Notes under the pieces: model-generated | The model's database searches: none | What the model was told of the DNA's origin: nothing | The model's input: the letters and a program-made list of their open reading frames with translations, nothing else | From: Octopus vulgaris | Taxonomy: Eukaryota | DNA length: 64,000 nt | NCBI GenBank assembly: GCA_951406725.2 | Contig: OX597821.1 | Location: 25,048,001 to 25,112,000, forward strand | Direction: 5' to 3' | Part shown: positions 25,485-36,922 of the stretch, piece after piece | Numbering within the stretch: position 1 is the first letter of the stretch | Layout: each line of letters starts with the position of its first letter | Program-made: the position numbers and the translations under genes

Positions 25485-28400
25485 CTCTTACTTGTTTCAG
25501 TCATTAGATTGTGGCCATGCTAGATCATTGCCTTGAAGAATTTTAGCCAAATGAACTGAGACTGTTGCTTTTATTTTTTAAGCCTGAAACTTATTCTGTC
25601 AGATTATTTTGCTGAACTGCTACGTTATAAGAACTTAAGCACATCAACACCACCTGTCAAGTGGTGGTGGTGGGGAATGAACAAAGACACAAAGATATGC
25701 GCACACACACACACACACAACAGGCTTCTTTGAGCTTGTGTCTACCAAATCCACTCAAAGGCTTTGGTCAGCCCAAGGTTATAGTAGAAGGCACTTGCCT
25801 AAGGTGCGATGCAGTAGGAACACAGAACCATATGGTTAGGAAGCAAACTTCTTGCCTCACAGCCATGCCTGCCTGCACACACACACACACACACATTTAT
25901 AATTAAGATTCAGTTGACTTAGGTACTTATGTTGAGGCACCAAGTCAGTCCAATAGTATTTGCACAGCTCGAAGTAAGGTGAATAAAATACATACATATA
26001 TATATATGCGCCCAGATAAATATAAAGTTACCCTAAAATAGAACAAAACCAGTAAGTGATACAGAAAGATGATTGTGAAGAGGAAAGACTTACTTTGATA
26101 ACATTTCAAGGGATTCTTCTTGTGTCTTTAGAAATATATTACAGGTACTTTGGAATTTTTCTGCTCTTCTATTGAAAGACCTGAAAGAGAAAAAGAGAAA
26201 GAATCCAGAAAGTGGCATTGTGACATCACACAGTTCAGAAACTCAACCTGTGATATCATCACACTACTTTGTTAGATATCTTATGCTAGTTTCCATGAGG
26301 TATAAGCAACCAAGAGTACACTATTCACTCTTGAACAAGGCACCTGTCTATCACAGAGAGTACAAGAATCTCTCCTGAATGATACACCAGGCTATCACAG
26401 AGAACACAATAGTCACTTGTGAATAAGACATCAGTCTGACACAGAGAGTACAGTACTCACTCCTGAATGAGACAACAGTCTGTCACAGAATTAACCCTCA
26501 GTTGTGGGTACTCATTTTCAGCAGAATGGACTGGAGTAGCATGAAATGAAGTGCTTTTGCTCCAAACCACAAGATGCCACTTAATCTGGGAATTAAAACT
26601 GTAGCTTTCCGATCACGAGTCCTACATCCTAACTAGTAGGCTTGTACCTCATTCAAAATAGCAATACAAAATAGTGAGGAGGGACACTTAGTAACAACAT
26701 CACAGGCTGAAAGAGAGATGGTGAAGGGCAACCAGAAGGGATCTGTCACAAATGGTACATACGCCAGATGATCATCAAGATTGGCTATAGCTGCTGCCCA
26801 TCCTTGCTGCTGCAAGTGCTGGTCATGTATCAGACGTTCACTGGCTTCCATACGACTCTTATCACATTCAACTGTTTCCTGTGAACAGAAGGGTATTGTC
26901 AATGGTCAGAGGGTCATGAGGAAAGAAGACAAATACATGGTCAATAGCATAACATAGAAATAATATAAGCACTTGCTGGAAACCAAAATAATAATGACAA
27001 TGATGATGAAGGTGGAGGTGATGGTTTCATTTATTTGCCATAAGGACAATACAGACCCAGCAAAAATGTGGGAAGATGAGGAATAATCAATTAAAGTAAA
27101 TTCTATTCTTAATTGGTACTTATTTCATCAACCTCAGAAGGACAAAGGTAAAATTAATTTCAGTAATTTTTTTAACTCTGAATGTAAAGGGAAGTAACTA
27201 AATAAAAACCTGGCATTTTTGCCAGATGCCCTACCATTTCTGACACCCACCAACATTAATAATTCTTTCTACAATAGGCACAAGGCTTGAAATTGTGGGG
27301 AGGGAGCTAGTTGATTACACTGACCCCAGGACTCAACCAGAACTTATTTTATTGACCCCAAAAGGATAAAAAGTAGAGTTGACTTTGACAGATTCTGAAC
27401 TCAGAATATAAAAATCCAGAAGAAATATCGCTATGCATATAATCTGGCATGCTAACAATTCTACCAGCTTGTCACATACTGCCTTTAATGCCTAACAGGT
27501 AATCATTTCCAAAAGTGACACAAGGTCACACATTTTGTGAGAGTGGTATACTTAATTTCATTAAGCCCTGTACTTGATTGGGAATTATTTTATCAATCCT
27601 TCAAAGTTGAAAAAAGCAAAATTGTCCTCAGTTGGATTTGAATTCAAAACAGAAGGAAATGCAACTAAATGCCTAAGAGTATTCAGTCTGAAAATCTATC
27701 AATTCTACCCCTCCTTATAACTGCTAATACTAATAAGAGAGAGCCTCAATGTGGTTGCTTGACCTGCTTAAAGTAGCTTTAAATCTCTTGCACACTCCAT
27801 CTCTAAGAGAAAAGATACCAAAGCTAATATAATCATACATATTCTATAGAAGGAAAATGTCTTTTTAATTTTTTTTTTTTTTTTGAATTGGCAAAAAAAT
27901 ACTTGGAAATAATCAACGAGACATAATACTTTCATTATTTAATTTTTTAATTATGAAATTAAATTTTATGGTTATTTGGTTATGATGTTAAATATCTAAC
28001 AAAAAATAGAATTGGTATTTTCTGCAAATTATGTTGTCTCACAATAAACTTGACATTCCAACAGAAATTAGATTAGTATTTAAAAAAAATGCTTTCTGCA
28101 GTTAAGGGTAATGAAATTTTGAGTGAAGATATCCGATTTTCACAGTAAAAGGGTTAAGGCTTTTGTTATCTATTAATTTTTTCCTTTTGAAAATTTCATT
28201 TTTTAAATATTTTGATTGAATTCTTTAACATTTGAACTGGCCATATCTGACCAAAATATTCCAACAGTTTTAACTTCAAACTAGCCAGATTCAGCTTCTT
28301 GTGCCTTCCCTACAATGTCATTCACATTCATACAATCTTTAGATACCTTAAAGCTACAAGATAATGCATAATTAATTCAAAACAATGTGAATAAATAAAC

Positions 28401-31400
28401 ATTACATTTCACAGAGTCATCTGAGTGCTAAAGGGTTAAATATCAAGACCTCATCTAACTCCATTTTACCATCATTTTCCACCTAGCTTATTGCATCAAT
28501 ATGGAATTACTTCCATGACACGCTATCTTGCAAATACAGAAATTATTGTACAGCATTAACACAAATGGACTCCTACACTGTCAATGATGTTTTGAGTGTC
28601 TATAACATAACCTGCTTTATTTCCAAAATGCCAATACATCACCATCACCTGTCTTATTTCCAAAATGCCAATGCATTACCATCACCTCACAACACAGACA
28701 AATACATGTTTCTAGAAATGTCATTCTATTCCTGCAGAAATTCAGTGACATTCTAACAAGATTGGTGTTATTTATTACCAACATGAAATTCAAAGATTTC
28801 ATTTACAAATTTAATGACTTTACATTTGACAGACTACAGTAACAAATGAAAGCATCCAATGATGAAAGCATTAATGTATGCAAGAATACAATTGTGAAAG
28901 TCTTGCAGAACAAAACTATTTGGCTGTATGGTAACAAGTTTGCTTCTCAACCACATGATTTTGAGTTCAGTCCTACTGCACAGCACTTTGGGCAAGTGCC
29001 TTCTACTAGAGACCTTGGCTAGCCAAAGCCTTGTGAGTGGACTTGGTAGATGGAAACTGAAACCAGCTTATCATGTGTGTGCTGTGTCTATGTACCTGTG
29101 TCTCTTCCCCCATTGCTTGACTTAGTGGTTCAGCAAAAGAGATTGATAGAATAAGTACCAGACTTAAGAAATAAATACTTGTGCCACCCTTCAAGGTTGT
29201 GCCCCAGCATGGCTGCTGTCCAATGACTGAAACAAGTAAACAATAAAAGACTAGTTGAAAGCTTTCACTCTGTACATACCACTTCTTTAGATCAGCCAAA
29301 GACGAGATCATCACTGCTGGAACACTACTAAACACAGGCCTGATCACTTTGAGCAGACCTAGGGTTAAATAGCAACATCAAATAAAGTTATTAATACTAA
29401 CTACTAAAGCCACCACAAACATCTGTGATCATTTAACCTGTTAGTAATATTAGTAAAATTTAAGGCAGTGAGCTAACAGAATCTTTAGCATGTTGAGTGA
29501 AATGCTTAGCAAGCAGCATTTCGTCTGTCTTTACATTCTGAGTTCAAATTTCGCCAAGGTCAGCATTGCCTTTTATCCTTTCAGGTTCATAGAATAAGTA
29601 CCAATTGAGCACTGGGGTCGATGTAATCAACTCACCCCTTTACCCAAAGTTGCTGGCCTTGTGCCAAAATTTGAAGCCCAAATTAGCCAAATTTCTATCA
29701 AATGACACCTAATTGGCTTACGAAAGGAAGGTCATGTTGGATAATGTGATCTGTAATCATACAACATGGATCAAAATGGAATAGTGATGGCTGAAATGGC
29801 TGACCTAGGGCTAAACAACAAAGTTACAAATACCAACTATTACAGTCAACACAAGCCAGTGAAAGAGATTTCCATGTGGTCTGTCAAACTGGAAAAAATT
29901 GTAGCCAAATCTTCCTTAAATTACATACTACTGTCTAGAAAAAGAAAATACCTTATTATATGATGGTCTTAGATACACTGTCTAGGGGAAAAATATAGGA
30001 GACTCATCTAGAATACTTTTGACATTATGCCGACTCAGTAAGTACAGACTTGGTACCATCAAAGGCCTTTACAACAACACTCAAACAGCTAGGAATAGCA
30101 GCCAATTCTCCCTCAAATTGTACTATATTGTATTAAAATATGAAAAGCACATAGGATAATGTGATTATAGATACATGTTGCCTAAAAATGAAAATGGCAA
30201 AATAGTCACAGCTTTAACGACCTATCCATAGGATTGCTTGATTAGGGCTGACCTGTAATTAAACAATAATAACTATAGCCACCAATATCAGAAATAAAAT
30301 CCATTGCTATATACTTGTGCTTAAATATGTTTATATTGCATTATTTTTTATCGTGTAGCCCATAGGTCACTTAGTTTGACTTAGTATGACTTAGTGTTGG
30401 AAAAGATTGGGTAGAGAATAAAAAGAATGTAAGCAATAATAATTAACTCTTTGACATTCAAACCAGCCATATCCAGCCAAAATATTCTACATGTTTTATG
30501 TTCAAACTGTGCAGATCTGGCTTCTCACACTTATCCTACAATGTCATTCTAAAAAATAGACAATCACATCATTGAAATCTCAAAGTTATGTGATAATACA
30601 TGATTAATTCAAAACAATGTGAATAAATAAGGAATAGACTTGATAGAATAATCTAAATACTAAAGGGTTAATGATAAGAACATTGATGGTGATTTGTGAT
30701 GGCAAAGATTTAAAGGCAGAGATACCTTAGCCAGTTTGTAAGCATCTGAAACTGTCTCATGAGTGGCAGGTAGAAGTACAACTTCACTGATGGCATCTGT
30801 AAGGACTTTGTCTGGAATAATAAAGGAGAGATATAGTCAGAGAGTAGTGTGATATTTTAGTGTGTGTGTGTGTGTGCACATGCGATATACATACAAAATT
30901 AACTGTGCCAATGAAGAATGCTACTCTGAAATATGAATTTCTTCTCCACTTCCAAGGATATTCACAACTTCTACTTTACAAACTTTTTACAGATATTATT
31001 TGCTTAAAGCAGACTATCACTAGTTTCTTCAGATGATTTAATATCATCTTTGTAATAACCTTTAACCATGCTCCTCCATGGGTATCAGCTACCATATGCT
31101 ATCATACAGCAGGAATTCTCCTATTACTGGATATACATGTGGAAATCCATTAATATCTACAGAATCCATGCAAAAAAAATTATAATACAAGGAGATGGAA
31201 TGAACATGCTTTAATCCAAAATATTACAACTGTCTCTGTGCATTAGTATCAGCTGGTAATTGCAGAATGTTTCACATATACACCTTTTTGCATTAACATG
31301 ATCCAACAACAGTTGTGTACCTGCATGTCTTCAGGTGAGAGGGTTCAAGAGCACTGCTGATTTTCTTTTTCTTGATTTTTTTTTCATGTTTCAAGCAGTT

Positions 31401-31468
31401 TATATCTCATGTGTACATTTTGTTTTTGTGTATGTATACATGTATGTACCTATCTCTTTCTCTCTCGT

Positions 31469-31517
<49 letters not shown>

Positions 31518-31762
31518 TGGTTGTATACTGTCAACTTAACGTGACAATCCCGTAAGGGATTTACACCACCGCTGTTTAGCCCTAGGAAGCATCGACGCTT
31601 CCTGTCGGCCTTGACACATTTCCTGTGTCCTTATATACTTATGAAGGGGAAACAAACACCCCCAACAGCTAGGCCTGCATCTAGAGACATGCATGTTTCT
31701 GGGTCTTGACCATCATCAGTCTAGAGCAAGGCCTGATAGCTGAAGATATTTGTCTAGACATC

Positions 31763-31813
<51 letters not shown>

Positions 31814-34800
31814 CAGTGAAGTTTATTCACTGATCACCAAAATCAGAAATATTAAATTTCTAAATATCTCATAGAGACATGAGCGGTGGAGGAGCGATAG
31901 AATGGTTGTATACTGGCAACTTAACGTGACAGTCCTGTATCGCTCCACCACCGCACAAATATCTTTAGTGAACTGGAGCAATGTGAAATAAAGTGTCTAG
32001 CTCAAGAACACAACACGCAGCCCGGTCTGGGATTCGAACTCACAACCTCATGATCGTAAGTTCGACGCTCTAACCACTGAGCCATGCGCCTTCTACTAAA
32101 GCTCCTGGTCAACAAAACACTTGTGAGTGGATTTGGTAGATGGAAACTGAAAGGCCATTGTATGCACACACATGCAAATGTAAGAGGACTGTAGCACTAA
32201 ATAAAAATTAATACAGAATAGAGGGAGCAATTCAGTCCTGGTATATAACCTCTCTAGTGATATAAAATGTACTCAGTCTATATCATAAAATAGTTGGTGA
32301 TAAGAAGGGTATCCAGTCATAGAACATAACATGCAATACATAACAAGCTAGCTGGTTGCTGTTTTTTTTTGTGCAGCAGCAGAGCTGTTTAAGTTGCATT
32401 ATAGGTCCCTGGGAAAAACAACATTTATTTATTGATAGTAAGCCATGACATAGATGGATCAGAAGTGGCTCCCTTGACCTTTCGGGATCCCAGGCAACTG
32501 CCTTAAGGCAACACTGTGTAGCAAATAATGCAATACCATTTCAGGCTACCCGCATGGTTCTTGGTCTTATGAAGAAAGGCTGAAGACGCTCAACCTTTAT
32601 TCTCTCGAAAAACGACGCTGCCGTGGTGATCTCATTCTCACTCACAACATCATAAGCGGAAAGTGTAACCTCTCGAAAGAGCTGTTCTTCACTCCTGCTC
32701 CAGAGCGTGGGCTGCGGGGTCACTCCGAAAAGCTCTATCTACGACGATTTCATCTCAATCGAAGGAGAGGGGCTTTCTCCGTCCGGGTTGCGGATCCGTG
32801 GAATAAGCTGCCGGACGAGATAGTGAAGATGACGACAACCACTTGGTTCAAAGTCTCTCTTGACCAGAAATGGCCTGAACTCTTTGTATGACCACCCTCC
32901 CTGTACATAACTCACTGACCTCCTACATGGCCTTGCTTTTGCTTTTTGAGCCAATAAAAATTGAATTGAATTGAATATGACAAGATGTTGTAATGGAATC
33001 AAGGCCAGCATGAAGGAGCATACATAAAATAACAATTAAGATGATGCACAATGTGTGTGTGTGTATGTGTGTATGCAAGCAGGTGTGTGTGTGTGTGTGT
33101 GTGCTTGTACTAAGAATATAAAGAGAATGAGTTTACCTGTGCCATAGTTGATACAGGGAGATGGTGGTATGTTAGCTTCAATGGTTACTTTACTGAATAC
33201 AAAGATTGGGTTAGTGTCCTGCAATATAATACAAAGTGGATACATTTTTTTTATATTATGCATGTTATGACACAAAAAATTGGTTGAACAAGAAAGAGAA
33301 GAAAATAAGGCTCAGTACAAGTGTAGAGTTGTAGGATTTTCATCATATTTATTGGAAGCTGCAAACATCACTGACCATTGCTCTGAACATTTTGGAATAA
33401 TTCTTGGGCATTAGTACAGATTAAAAACTCTACCGTAGCCAGTAACAAGCCCAGATGAGAAAGAAGTAGGGTGATAAACACAGGGTTAGCAGCCCAACAT
33501 GATCAAATTTTAAACATTGCTACTGAAAAGCTAACAAGAGTACATATGAAACCAGTCCTGGTAAGAGGAAGTAATTCCTGGAGATTGTGTATGATGCAAC
33601 ACAAGCTACATTGAGAGCCAACTGCAATCCACTGCCAAATATCGAGCTAGATAGTTCTCTTATTGGCACCCTGTACTCAACATGGAGCTAAAGGATTAAG
33701 GTGAAGAAGTCCAAATAAAAGTAAACACAGTCAGTATGTTTTTACCTAGCGGGAAAAAAAAGGTTTTGAAAAAACTTCTAGAGGAAAAGTACATGATAAC
33801 AAAAACAAAGAAAATGACAAAATATTTCAAAAATATCTTTTGTAGGAGTGTGTTAGGAAGGATATATGAATTTGATATTGAACTCTTACCAATTTCTCTC
33901 AGTATTTAATCAAAGAGCAGCATTAAATTAAAGTATATTTCTTGACACAATTCTAAACAAAACAAACCTTTTTTACTGTCTCCCACCCACTGCCAAATTT
34001 CTTCCTCATTCTTTTACATGTACTTTTCCTATGGCAGACATGGGATGATGTCTTGAAGGCCAATCTCAAAACACCAATGAAGGAGATGATAGAGGACCAA
34101 AATATGTGATGCATTACTATATCCAAGAAAACAGTTTAATACAGACTTCTTGGTACTCTGAGTTTCAAGTGTGCGGCTAGTCTTTGGCCACTGGGGTCTG
34201 AATGAGAGTTCGATTGAAGAGAGTCAATGTTTATAACTGGATGTTAGCCTGAGACTGATCGAGAAAGGTCATGTGGTATAGCGGTTTGATGCTGGTATTT
34301 CAGCGACAACAATTAGTTGGAAAATACCACATGGTGAACAGGAAATCGACCATGTGGTGGAAAAGAAATTGGTTATGTGGTTGGGGGGGGGAGTAGAAAG
34401 GGGTGGTAGATGTGAGAGTATATATGTAGATGTATATGCCCATATATCAGTGGGTATGCATCCGTACTTATACGAGTGTGTATGTGTAAGCACACATACA
34501 CACTCAAATAAATAGATACATGCAAGCAGATTATGGGCATATACATGTAAATACATACATATACACCCCCCACACCTACTGCCCCTTCCTACTTCCCCAC
34601 AACCACACGACCAATTTCTTGTCCAACACACAGTCAATTTCCTGTTCACCATGGGGTTGATTTTCTGTTCACCATGGGGCTGATTTCTTGTTCACCATGG
34701 GGTCGATTTCCTGTTCACCATGGGGCTGATTTCCTGTTCACCATGGGGTCGATTTCCTGTTCACCATGGGGTCGATTTCCTGTTCACCATGGGGTCGATT

Positions 34801-35282
34801 TCCTGTTCACCATGCAGTATTTTCCAACTAATTGTTGTCGCTGAAATACTGACATCCAACTGCTATACCACATGACCTGTCTCCACCAATCACAGGCTAA
34901 CATCCGGTAATAAACATTGATTCTCTGCAATCAAACTCTCATTCAGACCCCAGTGGCCAAAGACTAGCCACACGCATGAAACTCAGAGTACCAATGAGTC
35001 TGAATCAAACTGTTTTAGCCTATACATGTAACTCCCAATAAATGTGTTGAGTGCCCTTCTTTCATTTCTCTACTCATTCATATATGTATATATATGATTG
35101 ATTGCTAGCCACTAAACTTTTTTTATTTTCTCTCTCTGTTTATTTCTGTGTTCCTTTCTGTTGAAGAGCGTAGGCTCGAAACATGAAATACTTTCTCACT
35201 TTCCGAGCATTAAACTAATACATGTTTGTTGTTTACACACCCGTCTTCATCTTTTGTTTTGTTTGTTTTTTTTGTAAATTCC

Positions 35283-35328
<46 letters not shown>

Positions 35329-36922
35329 AAAGTCAGAGTTTTATCTTGGCTATTGAATAATTGTCACATATTATTTTACAGATAAATTTTCTCTATTTAC
35401 ATAATATTGAGGTGTCTTTCTTTCTTTTGTTATCTTACCGTTTTTACCAATATATATATATATACACACACACACACATCTCTCTCTCACTGTTGCCTAT
35501 AAATATATCAAAGTAGAAATTGGAATACATACAGTTCCAGCACAGTAGTGCCCAACACGACAGCTATTGTCCAAACTAACTCCACCACTGACCAACATCA
35601 CCTGTTTGTCTGGAGCAATTCTACATAACCTGGCAACATGAGACTTGAGGACAGAGACCCTGTAACAATAAACAATGCATTGGGCAATCATTAATAATAA
35701 TTTTACAAACAGTTTTAGGAATGCTAAAATGTTACACACATGAAAATATATAGATAATATATACAAAGCTCCATTACTTTGTTATCACTTACACTTACTT
35801 ATTTAAATTCAGGAATTTCTTATTTCACACATCAATGGCGGTAAAAAGCAATGAGCCTATAGCACTTGTAGCTTACACCATGTGTAAACTATAGCACTTG
35901 TAGCTTACACCATGTGTAAACAAACACTAGTTTCTTTCAGTTCCTGCTGACCAAACCATTCAGAAGGCCCAAAGTGCCACACAGTGAGACTGAACCTGAA
36001 ACCATGTGGTCAGGAAACAAATTTCTTAACTACGGTAATTTGCATAGGAAGGGAAATATATGTCACTGTGCACAAAGGAAATGTGACATGACACAATTTG
36101 ATCTCACAGCAGGCTACGAAAATGTCACCTTTTGACAGTAAATTTACACAGAAGATGATATTTCTATGAACTTTGCTTGTTTCTAAGTGAGTCAGAAGAA
36201 GGTTAGTACCCATAACTTCTTGCAAGCCCCACCCAAACATTCTAGCTGTCCTTCTTCCTTATATTCAAGGTCTTGTTTAACCCTTTTGGTATCAACCAAT
36301 CTCAGAGCACCCTTGGTTCTGTGATACAAACTTCCTGTTTTATAGGGATCTAAATGAAAACTTTCCCTAAGAAGGTTTAATCATGATAAAGTTATAAAGT
36401 TATTTTACTAATTCTTCATTAATTTCAAAAATTAACTGAAACAAAAGCAGTGTTTCAACAGGAATATGATAACTAAAGAGTTAGTCATATCTGTCCCTTT
36501 ACATGTTAACCCTTTAGCAATTAAACTGGCTATAACTGGCTCAAATATTCTACATGTTTTGTATTCAAATTGGCCAGCACCAGCCTCTCACAGCTACCCT
36601 ACAATACCATTCTAAAAATAACAATCACATCATTGAAATCTTCAAGCTATGAGATAATGCATGATTAAATGTGAATAAATAAGCACTACATTGGACAGAG
36701 TAATCTGAGTAATCTGAATGCTAAATGGTTAATTCTTACTTTGTTGAATGCGTATGAAAATATGCTAGAAGAACTGAAGCCTGTTGGGAGGCCTGTTAGG
36801 CTTATGACAGGTGAAGACACGATATAAGAGATGCGAGTAATGTGTCATACTTACGTCTCAGTGGTGTAGCAAGTATCAATGGTTAGCATCTGGCCTAACT
36901 CAACAAGAAACACATACAACAT
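10682..36922 (-). CDS. RB1CC1: RB1-inducible coiled-coil 1 / FIP200 (Atg11/Atg17 family), 15 coding exons, 3'-incomplete in window (1066 codons)
   Basis: Spliced translation gives MLYVFLVE..., [107 protein letters not shown]. These match recalled FIP200 motifs in order. All introns are GT-AG and phases are consistent. Confidence 0.95.
12855..12955 (-). CDS. RB1CC1: RB1CC1 coding exon 14 ([33 protein letters not shown])
   Basis: caccctacag|ACA ... GT|gtaagt; 101 nt. Confidence 0.92.
13514..13910 (+). mobile_element. tRNA-derived SINE family B (~400 bp, internal microsatellite)
   Basis: Head ggcgtaggagtggctgtgtggtaag...ggttcagtccc (A/B boxes); tail cagtcaaatgactgaaacaagYaaaagagta; near-identical copies elsewhere in window. 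Confidence 0.85.
13945..14730 (+). mobile_element. Two RTE-tail-related repeat copies (family C) ending in (gat)n
   Basis: ggtggcacgtaaaa...ggaagggcatccagccgtagaaa...catgctagcatggaaaacg...aaacgatgatgatg; same tail as the RTE fragment at 44628-45460. Confidence 0.75.
14731..14935. repeat. Inverted repeat, ~80-bp arms, ~43-nt spacer, TA-flanked
   Basis: 14731-14810 is the near-perfect reverse complement of 14854-14935. Confidence 0.9.
15890..16228 (+). mobile_element. Family C / RTE 3' UTR fragment with internal repeats
   Basis: Repeated gtgccggtggcacgtaaaaagcacc units; related copy at 18215-18595. Confidence 0.7.
16539..16597 (-). CDS. RB1CC1: RB1CC1 coding exon 13 ([20 protein letters not shown])
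   Basis: ccattgcag|AT ... GCT|gtaagt; 59 nt. Confidence 0.9.
17819..17900 (-). CDS. RB1CC1: RB1CC1 coding exon 12 ([27 protein letters not shown])
   Basis: tctgttacag|TGG ... A|gtgagt; 82 nt. Confidence 0.9.
19420..19696 (-). mobile_element. CR1-clade LINE 3' end nested in a family B SINE
   Basis: Minus strand [18 protein letters not shown]...FKTSM (CR1 C-terminal motif) plus (tta)n tail; SINE sequence resumes on both sides. Confidence 0.75.
20197..20383 (-). CDS. RB1CC1: RB1CC1 coding exon 11 (WVMYVEQ...[21 protein letters not shown])
   Basis: ttttgtctag|A ... ACT|gtaagt; 187 nt. Confidence 0.93.
20730..21845 (+). mobile_element. Pile-up of ~4 family A SINEs (+) with one young copy (-, 21315-21546) nested in the third
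   Basis: Repeated heads tggcagaat...gagttcaaa; the nested copy has TSD ttaactgaatacc at 21302-21314 and 21547-21559. Confidence 0.8.
22404..23021. mobile_element. Non-autonomous hAT (Charlie/MER1-like) with 8-bp TSD
   Basis: Ends cagcagtccccaaac... / ...ggtgaccctg; TSD gattacag at 22396-22403 and 23022-23029. Confidence 0.75.
22540..22877 (-). mobile_element. tRNA-derived SINE family D inserted in the hAT element
   Basis: Head tggctcagtggttagagc...gagtttgaaccc; core gtgttcttgagcaagacacttt; partial copy at 31968-32095. Confidence 0.8.
23126..23307 (-). CDS. RB1CC1: RB1CC1 coding exon 10 (KFSSQLETT...[17 protein letters not shown])
   Basis: ttttggacag|AAA ... CA|gtaagt; 182 nt; NLHVRL motif. 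Confidence 0.93.
24243..24413 (-). CDS. RB1CC1: RB1CC1 coding exon 9 (ISQKNVEK...[19 protein letters not shown]...KFYQ)
   Basis: ctcttccag|ATA ... CAG|gtaact; 171 nt. Confidence 0.94.
24711..24767 (-). CDS. RB1CC1: RB1CC1 coding exon 8 ([19 protein letters not shown])
   Basis: tctccccag|GAC ... CAG|gtatgt; 57 nt. Confidence 0.9.
25106..25277 (-). CDS. RB1CC1: RB1CC1 coding exon 7 ([14 protein letters not shown]...SLLDWIYQQ)
   Basis: ttttctctcag|T ... CAG|gtaatt; 172 nt. Confidence 0.93.
25485..25872 (-). mobile_element. Family B SINE, diverged
   Basis: Reverse complement of the 13514 consensus with many transitions. Confidence 0.7.
26094..26180 (-). CDS. RB1CC1: RB1CC1 coding exon 6 ([28 protein letters not shown])
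   Basis: tttctctttcag|G ... AA|gtaagt; 87 nt. Confidence 0.9.
26763..26878 (-). CDS. RB1CC1: RB1CC1 coding exon 5 ([38 protein letters not shown])
   Basis: ttcacag|GAA ... GC|gtatgt; 116 nt; [12 protein letters not shown] motif. Confidence 0.95.
28920..29250 (+). mobile_element. Family B SINE, diverged
   Basis: tggctgtatggtaac...gttcagtcc...ttgggcaagtg...gactgaaacaagtaa. Confidence 0.7.
30447..30667. mobile_element. piggyBac-type MITE (TTAA-flanked); related copies ~28220-28435, 36510-36728, 42900-43090, 46492-46645
   Basis: ttaa|ctcttt ... aaaggg|ttaa with shared internal sequence. Confidence 0.7.
30726..30811 (-). CDS. RB1CC1: RB1CC1 coding exon 4 ([29 protein letters not shown])
   Basis: ttattccag|AC ... 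AAG|gtatct; 86 nt, phase-consistent. Confidence 0.88.
31515..31766 (-). mobile_element. ~250-nt hammerhead-carrying non-autonomous element (retrozyme / Penelope pLTR-like) inside a (TA)n tract
   Basis: (TA)n on both sides; internal hairpins at 31546-31561, 31584-31603 and 31613-31629; contains the hammerhead; partial related copy at 31881-31968. Confidence 0.6.
31672..31733 (-). ncRNA. Type I hammerhead ribozyme motif
   Basis: Minus strand: ggccttgc-TCTAGA-CTGATGA-TGGTCAAGACCCA-GAA-ACATGCATGT-C^TCTAGA-tgcaggcc. Intact CUGAUGA and GAAA, GUC cleavage triplet, 6-bp stem I with extension, stem II, palindromic stem III. Confidence 0.8.
32542..32975 (+). mobile_element. CR1-clade LINE ORF2 3' end
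   Basis: [23 protein letters not shown]...[34 protein letters not shown]...FKVSLD; (aattg)n tail. Confidence 0.85.
33137..33218 (-). CDS. RB1CC1: RB1CC1 coding exon 3 ([27 protein letters not shown])
   Basis: ttgcag|GAC ... G|gtaaac; 82 nt; DTNPIF motif. Confidence 0.93.
34128..35016. mobile_element. Foldback/MITE with ~280-bp inverted arms; right arm carries an 8 x 23-bp tandem array
   Basis: 34128-34405 matches the reverse complement of 34580-35016; unit gatttcctgttcaccatggggtc repeated at ~34635-34814. Confidence 0.85.
35095..35286 (+). mobile_element. Short TA-associated repeat with hammerhead-like motif (Penelope pLTR-like); second copy 38772-38960 (-)
   Basis: ctgttgaagagcgtaggctcgaaac shared by both copies in opposite orientation. 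Confidence 0.6.
35533..35659 (-). CDS. RB1CC1: RB1CC1 coding exon 2 ([42 protein letters not shown])
   Basis: ttgttacag|G ... ACT|gtatgt; 127 nt; N-terminal ubiquitin-like region motif. Confidence 0.93.
35857..35920. repeat. Perfect 32-bp tandem duplication
   Basis: ctatagcacttgtagcttacaccatgtgtaaa x2. Confidence 0.9.
36855..36922 (-). CDS. RB1CC1: RB1CC1 coding exon 1 ([23 protein letters not shown]), part of exon 36855-37207
   Basis: gccaccATG Kozak context; donor AC|gtaagt; 68 nt, ends phase 2. Confidence 0.92.

Noticed and set aside
34635-34814. 23-bp repeats as a CRISPR array
   Set aside because: Units are directly adjacent with no unique spacers, there are no cas genes, and the context is a eukaryotic intron.
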